From NCBI RefSeq assembly GCF_018977255.1, contig NW_024704742.1:42036001-42100000 (forward strand): 64,000 nucleotides of DNA. Reading direction: 5' to 3'. Of this stretch, positions 23,952-36,105 are shown one piece after another (the first letter of the stretch is position 1; the number at the start of each line of letters is the position of its first letter). The notes below the pieces were generated by a model. It saw nothing but the letters and a program-made list of their open reading frames with translations. It made no database searches and was not told the origin of the DNA. The stretch is from Callorhinchus milii (Eukaryota). The position numbers were made by a program, and so were the translations under genes.

Positions 23952-25498
23952 GGTCTGTGGGATTGCTGCATGAGTCCATTAAAAAGCACTGTATGTTGTC
24001 ATTAGTATTTTAAAGTCTGTCAGTTCAATGCTACCATAGTTAAATTATACAGTTTAGAGACTTAAATAATTTGATGGTGTTTAAGTTTATTAACAACCCT
24101 TTATCATGCTAGAACAGTCAGGCAGTTCAATATCATGTTCAGTCTTTACTAAATGTATAGGAATTTGTTAGAGTGCCTTGTATAGCATACTTTTTTTTCC
24201 TTTTTGGCTAGTACTACAAAGCCTAATATATTAGAATAGACGCCTATAATTTAGTGACGAGAAATTCTTTCAGTTGCATGCACACAGATATGTCTTCCCA
24301 TAAATTATCGTTAAAACACTCGCCTGCCTCATCTCTTTCCATTTCCCACCACTCGAATGTTCTCCTCTCTCTCCACCGTTCTGATGACCTTCAGCATAAA
24401 TTAATAGGAACGCTAACGGAAAATAAATAGCAAACCCGCACAGTGAGCCCAATTTGATGTATTTGACTGGTGCTGTGGATGTATAGCTCAGCCAGAGCCC
24501 TGAATATGGACGCCTCAGTCTGTGACGATGGCTGCATTGAAGTTAAGCAAAAGCAATCGTTACGAGAGGCGGGGGTGGGGGTTGGGGAAAAAAAAGGTTT
24601 TATCTTTCATTAGTGCCAGTCGATTGAAAAAGGGAACTCTGATCTTCGGTCATTTATGAGAGATCACAGACAAACCGGGGTTGGCAATAAATGTGTCTTG
24701 TTGTTCTGTTTGAATGTGGCCTCAAAGGAAAGGATCAAAGGTCAGAGAAAGAAGTGTCAGGGAATCTATAGGTCTGAATAATGAAAATGTCAGGGGGAAG
24801 AGGGAAGATGATGGTAAAGAGTTTTGAATACGCCTGGCTTTTAAATGATGACAAGTACAACTCATTACTGTTACCAAAGGACAAAGACGAAAAGGAGACA
24901 GCAGCTAAATCTGGACTGATGGCTGCAAGCTGCTGCCATTTGAGATTTGTTGTCTGGGATTTGAGTTATATTCTTGTTTATTTGGTGGGAAAGGAAACCG
25001 AAGATAGCATGTTTGGATGAACCGACTTACATGCATAAATTTGTACGATACGTAGCGAACAGAAAAGTTTAAAGGCCTAGTTTCAGAATAAACTGCAGTA
25101 CAACGGTTACATTATCAAGATCGGTGTGACGTCATCAGTTACAGGGGAGTCAAAATAAAGTATTAGGTACTGGTGGAAAATGCAAAAGAAGCAAGATTTT
25201 ACCCTTCCTTCCTTTATTATACAGTAAACTTGCAAAAGTCTTATCTTTATGAATTGTATAATAATTTGTATGCCTACATTGTACATGCCTGAGTTTCTTT
25301 TACTCAGTTTTATTCAGTTTCCTATCAAAACCACTTTGATTTCTTTGCACTAGTCATATTAATCAACCTTTAAATTGTAACACCACTCCCCTGTTCAACA
25401 ACACTCCCGCACTTACTGGGAAACTTAGAACTTAATTTCCCGTGAATCCATGCAATATCAATACTTTGTGGTAAGTGCCTGGTTGGTAACGGGTCAAA

Positions 25499-25562
25499 AC
25501 TACATTTCCCGCCTTTCAATGAAGCAGCATGCGCGCTTACCGATTGCATTGAATAACACGTG
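25499..25562. promoter_or_regulatory. Cluster of housekeeping-promoter-type motifs (ZNF143/THAP11-type ACTACATTTCCC, E2F, NRF1-like, E-box)
   Basis: Motif matches only; local CpG enrichment. Confidence 0.35.
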
Positions 25563-28209
25563 TGCAGTGCAGATTGCTGATTAAATCGGTTACACGGTTT
25601 ATACAAGTTTGCCTAAAACTCGAACTTTACGCTGGTCATATTAAATGTTATGGTCCCGACTGATGCGACTTATGTGAGTTTTACTGTATTAATAATATAA
25701 TGAAGGCAGTAATTCACAATTGGGTAAGGGCTGTGGTCACTTGGTACCCTCCAATATTATGTATGCAGACAATTACTCAGAATTGAACAATATTAAAGCT
25801 GAACTTTCCTATTTTCATTTGATGCCTACACATGCACACGACACACACCAACACTATCCAGTAAGCGGAGCAATGTTGCTGACTTTGCTCTATAGTGGCA
25901 CTTAAGGCAACTTTTCAGAGGTCCACTCTCTCAGTGCATACTTAGGGGGGGGCGTGGTTATCTGGGATCTTTGTCTACGGTCTAATTTGCGAGATTTGTA
26001 AAGGGATTGGTTTGTAACAAATCCTGGATATATGGCGGCTGACCCTTGCTACTCCATTTGGAAGCTGACTCCAAAAGGTCGAAGCTGAGATCAGTCACCG
26101 AGGGCAGTTTGAGTGAGGCAGCCACTGCATATCTGTTAGTTACAAATCCCCTGTGAGTCTCACAAATGAGACCGCTGTATGACTCAGTTTCACAGCCTGT
26201 GGGCAGCGACTTGCAAACTGAGCCATCAGAGGAGCTGGACCTTGAAGGTTAAAGAGACCATAAACATAGACGCCGTTGTTTTTTCAGCGTGCACACAATT
26301 CACCTCCTGATTCAGAGTGACCAGCAGCAGATCTTGGATGTGTCATTAAAAAGTGGTTTGGGAATTCTCCCAAACATAATAGGCAAATTGGACAGTCAGG
26401 CACCTTGGACGATTCACAACCTCCTCTTAGCACCTTGCCTGTGGGCTACATGCCCAGCAGTGTAGCAATAGGTCTCTCCTTTAATCTGAGGAACATTGTA
26501 GATGTCACTATACTTTAGAGTAAAATCATGTGAAGCGCTGTCAGAAATGTTGACTTTTTTTTATTATTGAGCAGGGAGGGAGAAGGAACATTCAACTTTT
26601 TGTTGAGATAGCGCATGCAGAAAAGTGCTTTTATCCATTTTGGAAAGAAACAAACGGAATGATCTACTCAGGACTAGCAAGGGAAATCCCATTGTTATTA
26701 GAAAATGTTTCACTTAACCTAGTTATGATGATATCCTTCTGATAATAGTATTACAAATTCCCAGTCTGGATTAGTGGGGTTAACTGCAATTTCTGGCTAA
26801 CTCACTGGCCTTATTAGACTTTGCCAGTTTAGGATTCGCAAATCACCATTTGCCAATTTCTCAATCGCATATTTGTGAATTGGAAGTCCTAATTATCATG
26901 ACAAATCCAGTTAGCAAATATCACTTTTTAAGACTCCAATAATGCTGGCAGAACCTAGCTACTAGCTTGTTTGGCTAAATTTATTAATGATTACAAATGA
27001 GCCTTGAGTGCTTGGCAAGGTTGGGAAAGATGAATGAGGAAAGGTCTGGTTTTGTGCAGAATATTTGTTTATATTGTAACGGATTCAGCAGGATGTGGTT
27101 CATGCACACCTCCAATGACCTGGCATGTGTATATTTTATTCAAAGCTCACAATATCAAGAAAATTAGTTTTGCATATTGTGACGAGGGCTTGGACAATTA
27201 TCAGCGAATGCTAAGCAGATTAGCCAAGAGATAAATCAGAGGAGAATGAAATGTAATCTCACAGTAATAATTAATATCTGATATTAACAGAAACATTCAT
27301 TATCCAAATACAGTTAGCACTGAAATTGTAATTTACAGTCCACTATTTGCCTAAAAAATTGCATACTTGAATGGAAGCATAATAAGTAGAGCACAGTGGT
27401 AGATATCAATAGGTGATGGAGCTCAGTCTTATATAAAGTATTAGAAAGCCATCATTTCGAAACCAAAGTAGAGCCCTATTATAACATGGCAGTTGCGGGA
27501 TCATAAAATCCCAACCAGTGTTGAATCCACTTTATAATATATTCTGTGAAGTGCTTTGACATGTCTCAATGACATGATAAAGCGCTATATCAAATGCAAT
27601 GATTATTATTATTCTAATAGGGGCCCATTGGCGTTCAATGTTCCCACATGCACTGCCCTTACTGAAAAATGTCCAACCTTTGGGTCATCAGGTCAACCCA
27701 GAAAATGGCTGTTTTTTACTATGTAAGAAGCTGGGTGGCATTTTGAAGTGATTTGACCGGCTTTGGATTCACATTTTGGATTTTCTGGTTTGTAAATGTT
27801 AATGTCCACAACTGTGTCAGAGAACCTGTGATACACTGAGCATGTTATAACAGGTTACTGCTCTATGTAGTTCCAGCTAATACCCTTTCGAAAGAATTTA
27901 TGGAGGCTGGTTTCACATTAAAGAATTCCACATTTCAATTACTGTGTCTGTTTGATGCATTTTTTTAAACCACCCTTTTAATTCTTATTGTTATTTGTAC
28001 TCTAGCCTTTGCTGTTAATGTTTCTCCAACCACTCAACTCTACCTGGCAATTTTGGCCAGAAATTTTCTCTTTCATGCATTTAACTACATTCTTGCGGAG
28101 TGAGATTAGCCAGAGATGAGGTCTTGCCGTTCGATGTAATGTACAGGAGGTTCTCTCCAGAAACCTCTTTTGGTTTTGCTGTTTGAGTGCATTTTCAACC
28201 CCAGAGCTG

Positions 28210-28740
28210 GCCTTTGGATGAAACATGCAACCTACAAAATGCACAGTCACTACACTTTCCAGTAAATCCTGTGACGTGCCTTGAGACATTCTCCCAATGT
28301 CAAAGGCACTATTCAATTGCCATTATTGTTCTTATAATTAATAATAATCATTTAAAAAAAAGCTGCTGGCTGCCTGTTCAAGTGGACGTTAAAGATCCCA
28401 TAGCACTATTTGAAAAGTGAAGGGAGTTTCTCCTGCTGTCAGGGCTAACAATCCCCATTAAAAAATTGGATTTTTAGGGATATTTCAGTGTGCAAATTGG
28501 CCACCATGTCCACCTACAAAATACAGTAAATCCTGTGAACTGCTTTGAGACATCCTAAATATTAAAAAAAAATTGATCACTCAATCCATGACTGTTTGTG
28601 GGACACTGCTGTGTGCATTGGCTGCCGTGTTTCACCCTCAAAGTATAGTCAATTTACTTTACAGTATATCCTGCGAAGCGCTTTGAGACATTTCGAAGAC
28701 GTGATAAGACACTATGTCAAATGCAAAGATTATTATTATT
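28210..28740 (+). mobile_element. Three head-to-tail Deu SINE fragments
   Basis: Three successive 'cctgtga/cctgcga...ttgagaca' tail modules; the middle one carries the Deu start aaagatcccatagcactatt. Confidence 0.8.
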
Positions 28741-30224
28741 AGAGCTCCGTTTCATCTAACTTGTATATTTCCAAGAACTGGCTGCAAGTTAGACATTTCT
28801 GCTTAGATTTTTGGTCATAAATTGGGGGCATATGGGGGTCTCTGCGGTTATTCTGCTCCACAAAGCCATGACATGTTGCAGAATCCCAGTGAGTGCAAGT
28901 GGAAAAATAAATCAGCTTAATGTTTCAGTTATAAATACATCTTCCACATGTATCTCTGGTTTTATAGTCAACTAACTATGTGGCTTGGGAAAATAACTTG
29001 CAAATAAAACTAACACATTGAATAACTGAAGTGGATCAATGTGGCTGTAATTAAGCAGAACAGCATTTATGAATTCTATATGTTGCATTAGTAAGTGACA
29101 AACTATATTTGTGCCTTTTGCTTTTATTTAAAAAAAGGCTGAACCACATAGAGAGTTTTTACTCTGCTCGTGCCATTTGGGAGTCTGGTTTCTGTTAATT
29201 TACTGCCTCTCCTGCCATAGCTCTGGGGCAGTCTAGGTTTATTATGCTTCTGTTATTTGAAGAGAACAATAGTATAGATATACACCACACATCCACACGC
29301 ATTGTTTAACATGTAGCTTCTTGACTGAAGGCACTTCACAATGGACGTTGAAGGGTCTCTATGCTCTCTGCATGGCTTCACGTGACTTCACTGCATTGCC
29401 TCGCCTTTGACCAACTCTTCCCACATAAATGTGTTCCGGAAATCTTGACCACTGCTCACAATTTTGGGATTTGTTTTGTATCATGATATTACGTCTTTAA
29501 GGAACATATTGCTCAGTGGTTTGTAGGCTTCTTTTACTAATCCTAACCACTAAATACACATTTTTTCCCAAAGTGGTTTTGGTTTTCAAATGACCTCAAA
29601 TCTAGTGTTAGTAAACAGCAGCAAATGACTTTACATATTCTAAGGGCTTTACCATGGGTTTCCCAGATGAAGAAATGCAGAACAAACACAATTTCCTTTA
29701 TTACTGGCTTATTTTCTGCTTCAGGACATTTTTGGTTGTTGCCTTGGCTGCAGTGAGATATAACCTAGAGATGGAGGAGACGTGTATGTGGACATGGCTG
29801 GAGCAAATCCCAGTAAACAAGAGGATGGGCAAAAAATGGACTGTGCACATTTTTTGTCATCTCAATGACTTTCGGTTGCCAGTGGAAACCAAAAGAACTG
29901 TGAAAGTCTTTTTAAACTAGTATACTGTTTGTGAAGATAAATCAAATGTTTAAAAATGATTTACCTCAAGGTTAGTCACAAGTAATTCAACAAAAATCCC
30001 AGGACTATAAATTATAATCAGAGATTGAACAAACAGTTCAGCGGATTTATGTTTGAGACAAATCAGAAGAGTGTGTTTCCTTGGTTTCTATTTTCCATTT
30101 TTGTCTCTGAAAACAGAATCTGAAAAAAAACATTGAATTATGGTTTAGTGTTGTCTCCTGCATAATAATAGTCAAGCATGTGCTCTTGGAAATAAACATT
30201 ATCGCAAACAGTTTCCTTACAGAA

Positions 30225-30500
30225 CTCACTGCTCTTTATACCCACCCATCAGTGGCCAAGCTTTCCAAATCTACGTCCTAATCTCTGGAACGCCTTCCAT
30301 CTTACCCCCACTATCCGTCTTCAAATCCCATTTTAAAACCTACCTCTTCGACAATGGCCAACAGCAACAACAACAACTTGCATTTATATAGCGTCCTTCA
30401 TGCGGCGTAGCATCCCGGAGCACTTGACAGTGGTGGAGTCTGACCCCCATGGTCTATGGTCATCTCCTTCTCCCTTCTCCCCTTTCCCCGCTTGGTGAAG
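30225..30500. mobile_element. L2 3' fragment (+) interrupted by an inverted L2 tail (30360-30448, -)
   Basis: ctctggaacgccttcc...aaaacctacctcttcgac, followed by (CAA)n cttgcatttatatagcg. Confidence 0.75.
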
Positions 30501-30870
30501 TTCCTTAATGGTTTGGTTTGTAAATTTACTGCCCAGAACAAGAACATCTTAGCTTCGATCCCAGGCCAGTGCTGTGTTACCTGATTTTAGTTAGGTTATA
30601 GGTAGGGGCCCTTTATTTGACCTTGGACAACCTTGGGGAAAATTAATGAAGGTTCCCAACTCCTCATTGTTTTCCAGTGACCTCTGTTGGAAAATGCATA
30701 TGTGCAAATATTGGGGAAAAAATGTAAGGCTCTGATTTCCCCCCTCCTCCTTTCCTCCATGGCTTGTATAACTCATCAATGATCACCATCCAGACTGAGT
30801 CATGGAAGAATGGCCACAAAAACAGCAGGACCCATGTCATGGCATAGTCAGTGCATTTGGAAGAGGAAGG

Positions 30871-31016
30871 ATAATAATAATAATAATAATAATCCTTGCA
30901 TTTGATATAGCGCTTTTCACGTCGGGAGGACGTCCCAAAGCGCTTCACAGAAGACACTGTAAAGTGAATTTGACTGTATATTTGTGGGCGAACGCGGCAG
31001 CCAATTGCGCACAGCA
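30871..31016 (-). mobile_element. 5'-truncated young Deu SINE
   Basis: Near-identical to the 3' half of 14143-14466. Confidence 0.93.
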
Positions 31017-32164
31017 GAATATAAGATTAATAGTGAGAAAAAGGAAGATATAATTAAACAGGTTAACAAGACAATGGATTGAAGAGAAGAGAGAAAGCTC
31101 AGAAGGAGGCAATTAACGAAGGGTTACAGCTCAGATTGAGAGCGAGAGTGCTCAGGAAGAGAACAAGCGGCTATCAGTAGCAGAAACATTCAAACAATGA
31201 GTCCTGCAGCAATGGTTCCATAGGCCTGTAAACCACTTCTGGTTACCCTGAAAATGGGAGTCAGTACACGAGTATCTGGTGGCAATGAGTTCTTCCTTTG
31301 GTAAGTCAGGTTAAAGACTAAACTACAACCTGAGAGCAAGACAACAGCAAACCTACACTGGGTGAAAAAGATGCTTAAGCCTCATAACATAACAGATCAC
31401 AAATGGCAGTGCAGAGACTAGACACAAAGCATTTACAGAAATGGAGCAAAGCATAACATATTGTTGTGAAAACTCTACACTTGAGAAGTGCTGTCAGGCT
31501 TGTCAGTTTAACTGAACCCTGATTAATTTAGTTGATGCTAAAGCTCCCATGTCAAGTGTCTCCCAATCATTCATTTCAGACGTGTTAGAAAGGCTGACAG
31601 TTTTCTCATAGGCAACCTCGTTTGGTAGTCATGTGGTAGACTTTTCCTTACTTCCTCGCCAATGGGAAGGCGTGGATTCGCGAGGTTGTACCGTTGCTAA
31701 CTGCAGGGCAGCCTTGGGCAATAGGCTTGGGTGATTTCCCGTGGTACTGTCTGGTTGCATTGGAACTGTCACCTAGCAACAGCCCAGCATCTAGGTTTGC
31801 ACTGCATGTGTCCTTGACCTAATGAAGTTAGATAATACATGACACTCCAGTCAAATGTCTGCTCTGGCTCATGACAGAAATTCCACTTCAAGTGCCAAAT
31901 TTAGTGGTAGTTAGTCAGAGAATAGTTGGCCACCTCCTCTATAGCATCCTCTTAGTTTTCAAGCACTCAATAAAGTCACAGTGTTGGTATATGCTACCTC
32001 TTTGGTTGGGGCACAACAGTTGATCTCAGATGGGTGGTGTCTTGCTAATGCATCTGCATTTGTTTTCTCTTTCCATTGTTACTTGCTCTCTCCCTGCTGT
32101 CCTGGGGGCTTTGACTCACAGCTTGGATTAGAGAGGACCAACCTTCTTCCTGTCCCTCATCCAA

Positions 32165-32516
32165 GTGATGAACCAGGCCACACAAACCAGGAGATTCCAG
32201 GTTCAAATCCTGTTCTGTGCTTTCAGCAGATCTCAGCCGAGGAATCAGGCGGGGCCTTGTAATCAATCTCAGCATTCCTCAGTGAGGGACTACTACTTTT
32301 TTAGTCTAGAAACTGGATATTGGATGAAATCAGGATTGGATTTGGGATGATGTCCCCCTCTATTCATAATCGTCTCCAGCATTCACTGTCAATGCTCACA
32401 CATAAATAATGGCCACTTGGTGAGGTACTGGCGGATATCAGAAATCGTACTCTGGTGAAAGGTTTACAAAAGAGGAGTCGGATACATTCGGGAAGCGAGG
32501 AGGGAAGAGGAGAAAA
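32165..32516 (+). mobile_element. Old SINE family B copy
   Basis: ccaggagattccaggttcaaatcctg (B box), gatctcagcc, gctcacacataaataatggccacttggtgaggtactgg. Confidence 0.75.
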
Positions 32517-32647
32517 CAAAACCATCACACCCAAACACAATACTATCCTCATTCTGTGTCCCAAAGAGCAAATATTTCCAACAGGCATCACGGGATATTA
32601 ATTAGTAGCAGGGATTCTCAGTTAATTTCTCTTCCCTTGCCCAGGGG

Positions 32648-32704
32648 ACGTCCTCCTGACGTGAAAGGCGCTTTATAAATGGAATCTTGTTGTTGTTGTT
32701 GTTG
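32648..32704 (+). mobile_element. Ultra-short L2 3' tail insertion with CAGGGG target duplication
   Basis: cagggg-acgtcctcctgacgtgaaaggcgctttataaatggaatc(ttg)n-cagggg. Confidence 0.8.
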
Positions 32705-33175
32705 CAGGGGTACTGAAGGCAGTTGTAATGTTCAGTGATCAGCGACTACAGCACAGATCTATATGTATTTACCATCTCAGCTATTAGGGCACTTCTAAGT
32801 AAATGTTTAACCCAGAATGACTGGATAATATAGCGGCTCAGATTTGACTAGTTTCCAGAGCAGTGAGCAGATCATTGTTAAATAGCCACTCCTTTCTGCT
32901 TCAACTTTTGGCCCTGAAGCCTTTTCCTGTCCCTTGATATATCCCGTTTTCAATCAAGTAGTTATATAAATGTATAGTACTACCTATACTTGTACATGAT
33001 AGATAGTTTCTGTAGATAAGTGGCTATTCGTTGTTGAAGTCATAAGATTCTGGCCTACTCCCAACTTTGGGTGTTGTTTTTGATGCTTCTTTGTTGTGTT
33101 CGAACAATGGAAACATTTGTTATTAAAAAAAGCAGCTTCTGGAGAATCGCTTGAAGAATGTAAAAATCCCGGGAG

Positions 33176-33603
33176 AATAATAATAATAATATAATAATAC
33201 TTGCATTTGGTATAACGCCATTGGGAGGATGCTTCAAAGCGCTTACATGATATGCTGTAACGTATAGTGACTGTATTTTCATAGGCCAAAATGGGAGTCA
33301 ATTTGCGCATAGTAGGTCCCCAAAACAGATATGAAGTGAGTGACCAAGTTGATTTGGAGGATTGTAGCCCAGGACACTGGGAGACACTCCCTTCTCTTTT
33401 CAAATAGTGTCATGGGATCTTTAACATCCACCTGCACAGGTAGATGAAACATTGGTTTAAATATCTCATCTGATGGACAGCACCTCTGACAATGCAGTGC
33501 ACTCCCAGCACTGCATCGGATTGTCAGTCTAGACTGTGATGTGGGGCTTGAGCCTACATCTTTCTGACTTTGAGGCGAGAATGCTACCAACTGAGCCAAG
33601 CTG
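33176..33603 (-). mobile_element. Full-length SacSINE1-like Deu SINE
   Basis: Head on the reverse complement cagcttggctcagttggtagcattctcgcctc, long Deu domain, L2-type tail. Confidence 0.9.
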
Positions 33604-35649
33604 GTAATCTTATCATTCTTGTCTGACTTTTCTGTCAAAATTTTTGAATAGGCCTCGTTGTAAATAACACTTGAATTGGAGTATGCGGTTTGTGGAAAAA
33701 AACAGGAATTTCTAACTGTGGAAACTGAGGTTGAAGTAGAAAGTAAACATGAATTAAGTTCTGTTGAACACTTGAAATGTTGAAATGTCGGCATTGCATA
33801 AAATTGGCTCGTGTCCAAAATTATTTGATCAAAACGCTTTTTGTCTGGAACTAAGAAGTCTGCTTTATTAAGAACGTTTTGTCTTCATTGTCTTTATTGA
33901 ATGCGATAATCCTTGGATCTCTGAGGCCCGAGTATGGGAACATGGGACAGCCTGAATCCAGTCATTGACAGAGGCTGAGAGTGCAAGGAAATGATTCTTA
34001 AGGACAACCTTACATAATCTGTTTAATGCTTTTTGTTGTCTGCCCCTTTAATATGAAACCCAAGCTGTCATGGGTATTAGCTTAATGGGAGCAGAACACA
34101 TGTTCCCGTTCTCTGCCTTTAAAAGGAAATGTTAGTATTACGTGGAGCTTCAGTGTGTGTTTTGTATTCTCCCTTATTTTTAAGCACAGCAAGGTAACTG
34201 ATCACTGAGATAGTCACCTCAAACAGTGTTTAAGTTGTGGAAGCAGTTGAGCGTGAAGCAGGTAAGTATTATTGGAAAGCTCACACATTGCACAACCTAC
34301 AAACAGCAGCAAAGTACATCCACACTTGATGGGCTGGTTTGGACACAGGGCAAACAGCACAGAAATGAAGGCTTTAACATCATCAGCTCACCACTAAACA
34401 GCACTTAATGTGCAATTGCTAGCATGAAATTGAGCACTTTGCCAGTGCCTGCTCTGCTTTAATGTCGAGAGTATAAAACATTCCAAATATTGCCTCATTA
34501 CAGCTCTGTGTTAATTCTGTTCACTGTTAACTCTGTTCACTGTGACATAAAATAAAAAAAATTGATAACCAATCTCGATGTTGCCTTCTGAGACTGTAGC
34601 CACTCACACTTGGTGTTACAAGCAGTTTTAGCTGTCGCCTTGTGGTCTTAAACAAAATAGAGGGTTTCCCTGAATCTAAACTAAGTTTATTGGAATGCAT
34701 TGTTAATTCCTTTAAATCATGCTACATGACTAAATTAATTGGAGTAACCTGAACCAGCTTAGATCATAAATAAGGGTGAGATTACGCTGATAGTTTCTGG
34801 CAAGAGGTATATTCCGTTTCTAAACCTTGGTTTGTGTGGTCAGGTACAGTTGTGTCAATTCTCTGGCCTGTGTATTTTATGCTTTTATGAGGTTTGATGT
34901 GAGATGCAGGACATTGCAAGGTGTGATTTACTCTTACACAGAGCTGATAACCTGAAGCAAGGTGGGTTCGTGTAACTCTTGGCCTGGTTCCCTTTCTCTT
35001 TTCAGCAGCATTTCACTGAGTCTTTTATCACACTAGAAAAGTCACTGTTTTGTGTTCGGATAGTCTGCTTCATACTTCATGAATAGGACTGTGACCCCTT
35101 CTGCAAAACAACCACTTTCCAGAGTCTATGCCTCTATCCTTTCTTCAAAGTGGCTGAGATGGAGACATTCCGGAGACAGCTTGAGGTCTGTCGTTGTGGA
35201 ATGCCTCAGCACATGGAAGTTCTTTGCCTGGATACTGGAGTCTCGCTGAAAGGTACTCACAATGCTAATGGTGTGAGCGGAGTCATTACCTGGGGCCCAC
35301 ATTGGCTTGTCTCAGCATTTTCCCTGCCCTTTTACATCTCTCTGTCGCTTTGTCCTTTGCATTAGGCACAGCAAATCATATTTTGTCTTTTTTACCTCTT
35401 AATTTAATAGTAGACGCTTGCCACTAAATTGAGTTCCCTTTTCCAGCATTCTCAAAATAAGCAGATGGGAATGGCAGGCAATTTGATTCTGGTCAAGCTG
35501 CTAGAGACTTGAGAATCATTAAAAACTCTCTGTCCGTGAAACAAGCCTATTTTAAAGTGAATGTTGCAGCTCTCAATTTGTTTGAAATGTGCGTGTAAGT
35601 GGAGCTTCTCCACATTCATAGTAAAAATAATAATAAATTGGTTACCAAT

Positions 35650-35803
35650 TGGTTAAATTGGTCACTTCAATCCACGGCTGTTTGTGAGACACTGCCTTGT
35701 GCAATTGGATGTTGCGTTTTGCCCATAAAATTCACTTTACAGTATATTCTGTGATATCTCAAAGATGTGATAGGGTGCTATATCAAATTCAAGGATTATT
35801 ATT
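35650..35803 (+). mobile_element. Deu SINE 3' half
   Basis: caatccacggctgtttgtgagacactg...ctatatcaaattcaaggattattatt. Confidence 0.85.
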
Positions 35804-35979
35804 AATATTTTAACTGGTTGTCTGAGAATGCCCAGCCTGCATGGGTGGCTTGTTATTTTCCCAGAACGGACTGTGGAAGAAGCAGTGCATCTATGTGATG
35901 CCCTCTAAGTGACAAAACAGAGCCCTGAAATGTGCCATGGTCTTTACCTTGCATCATTGAGTTAAAATTTAACACCTTA

Positions 35980-36105
35980 CAGAATTTTGCAAAGTTCTGA
36001 CATTCAGTCTTAATTTGAAAACTGGTTTTCGGCAGATTTAAAAAAGACATGCGGAAAACCAGCTTCCAAATTAAGATTAAATTTAAGGATTTTCCAAAAA
36101 TCCTG
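35980..36105. mobile_element. Palindromic core of the 4.2 kb MITE-like family
   Basis: attcagtcttaatttgaaaactggttttcggca pairs with tgcggaaaaccagcttccaaattaagattaaat (28 of 33). Confidence 0.65.

Noticed and set aside
33279-33818. 179 aa ORF
   Set aside because: Mostly reads through a SINE
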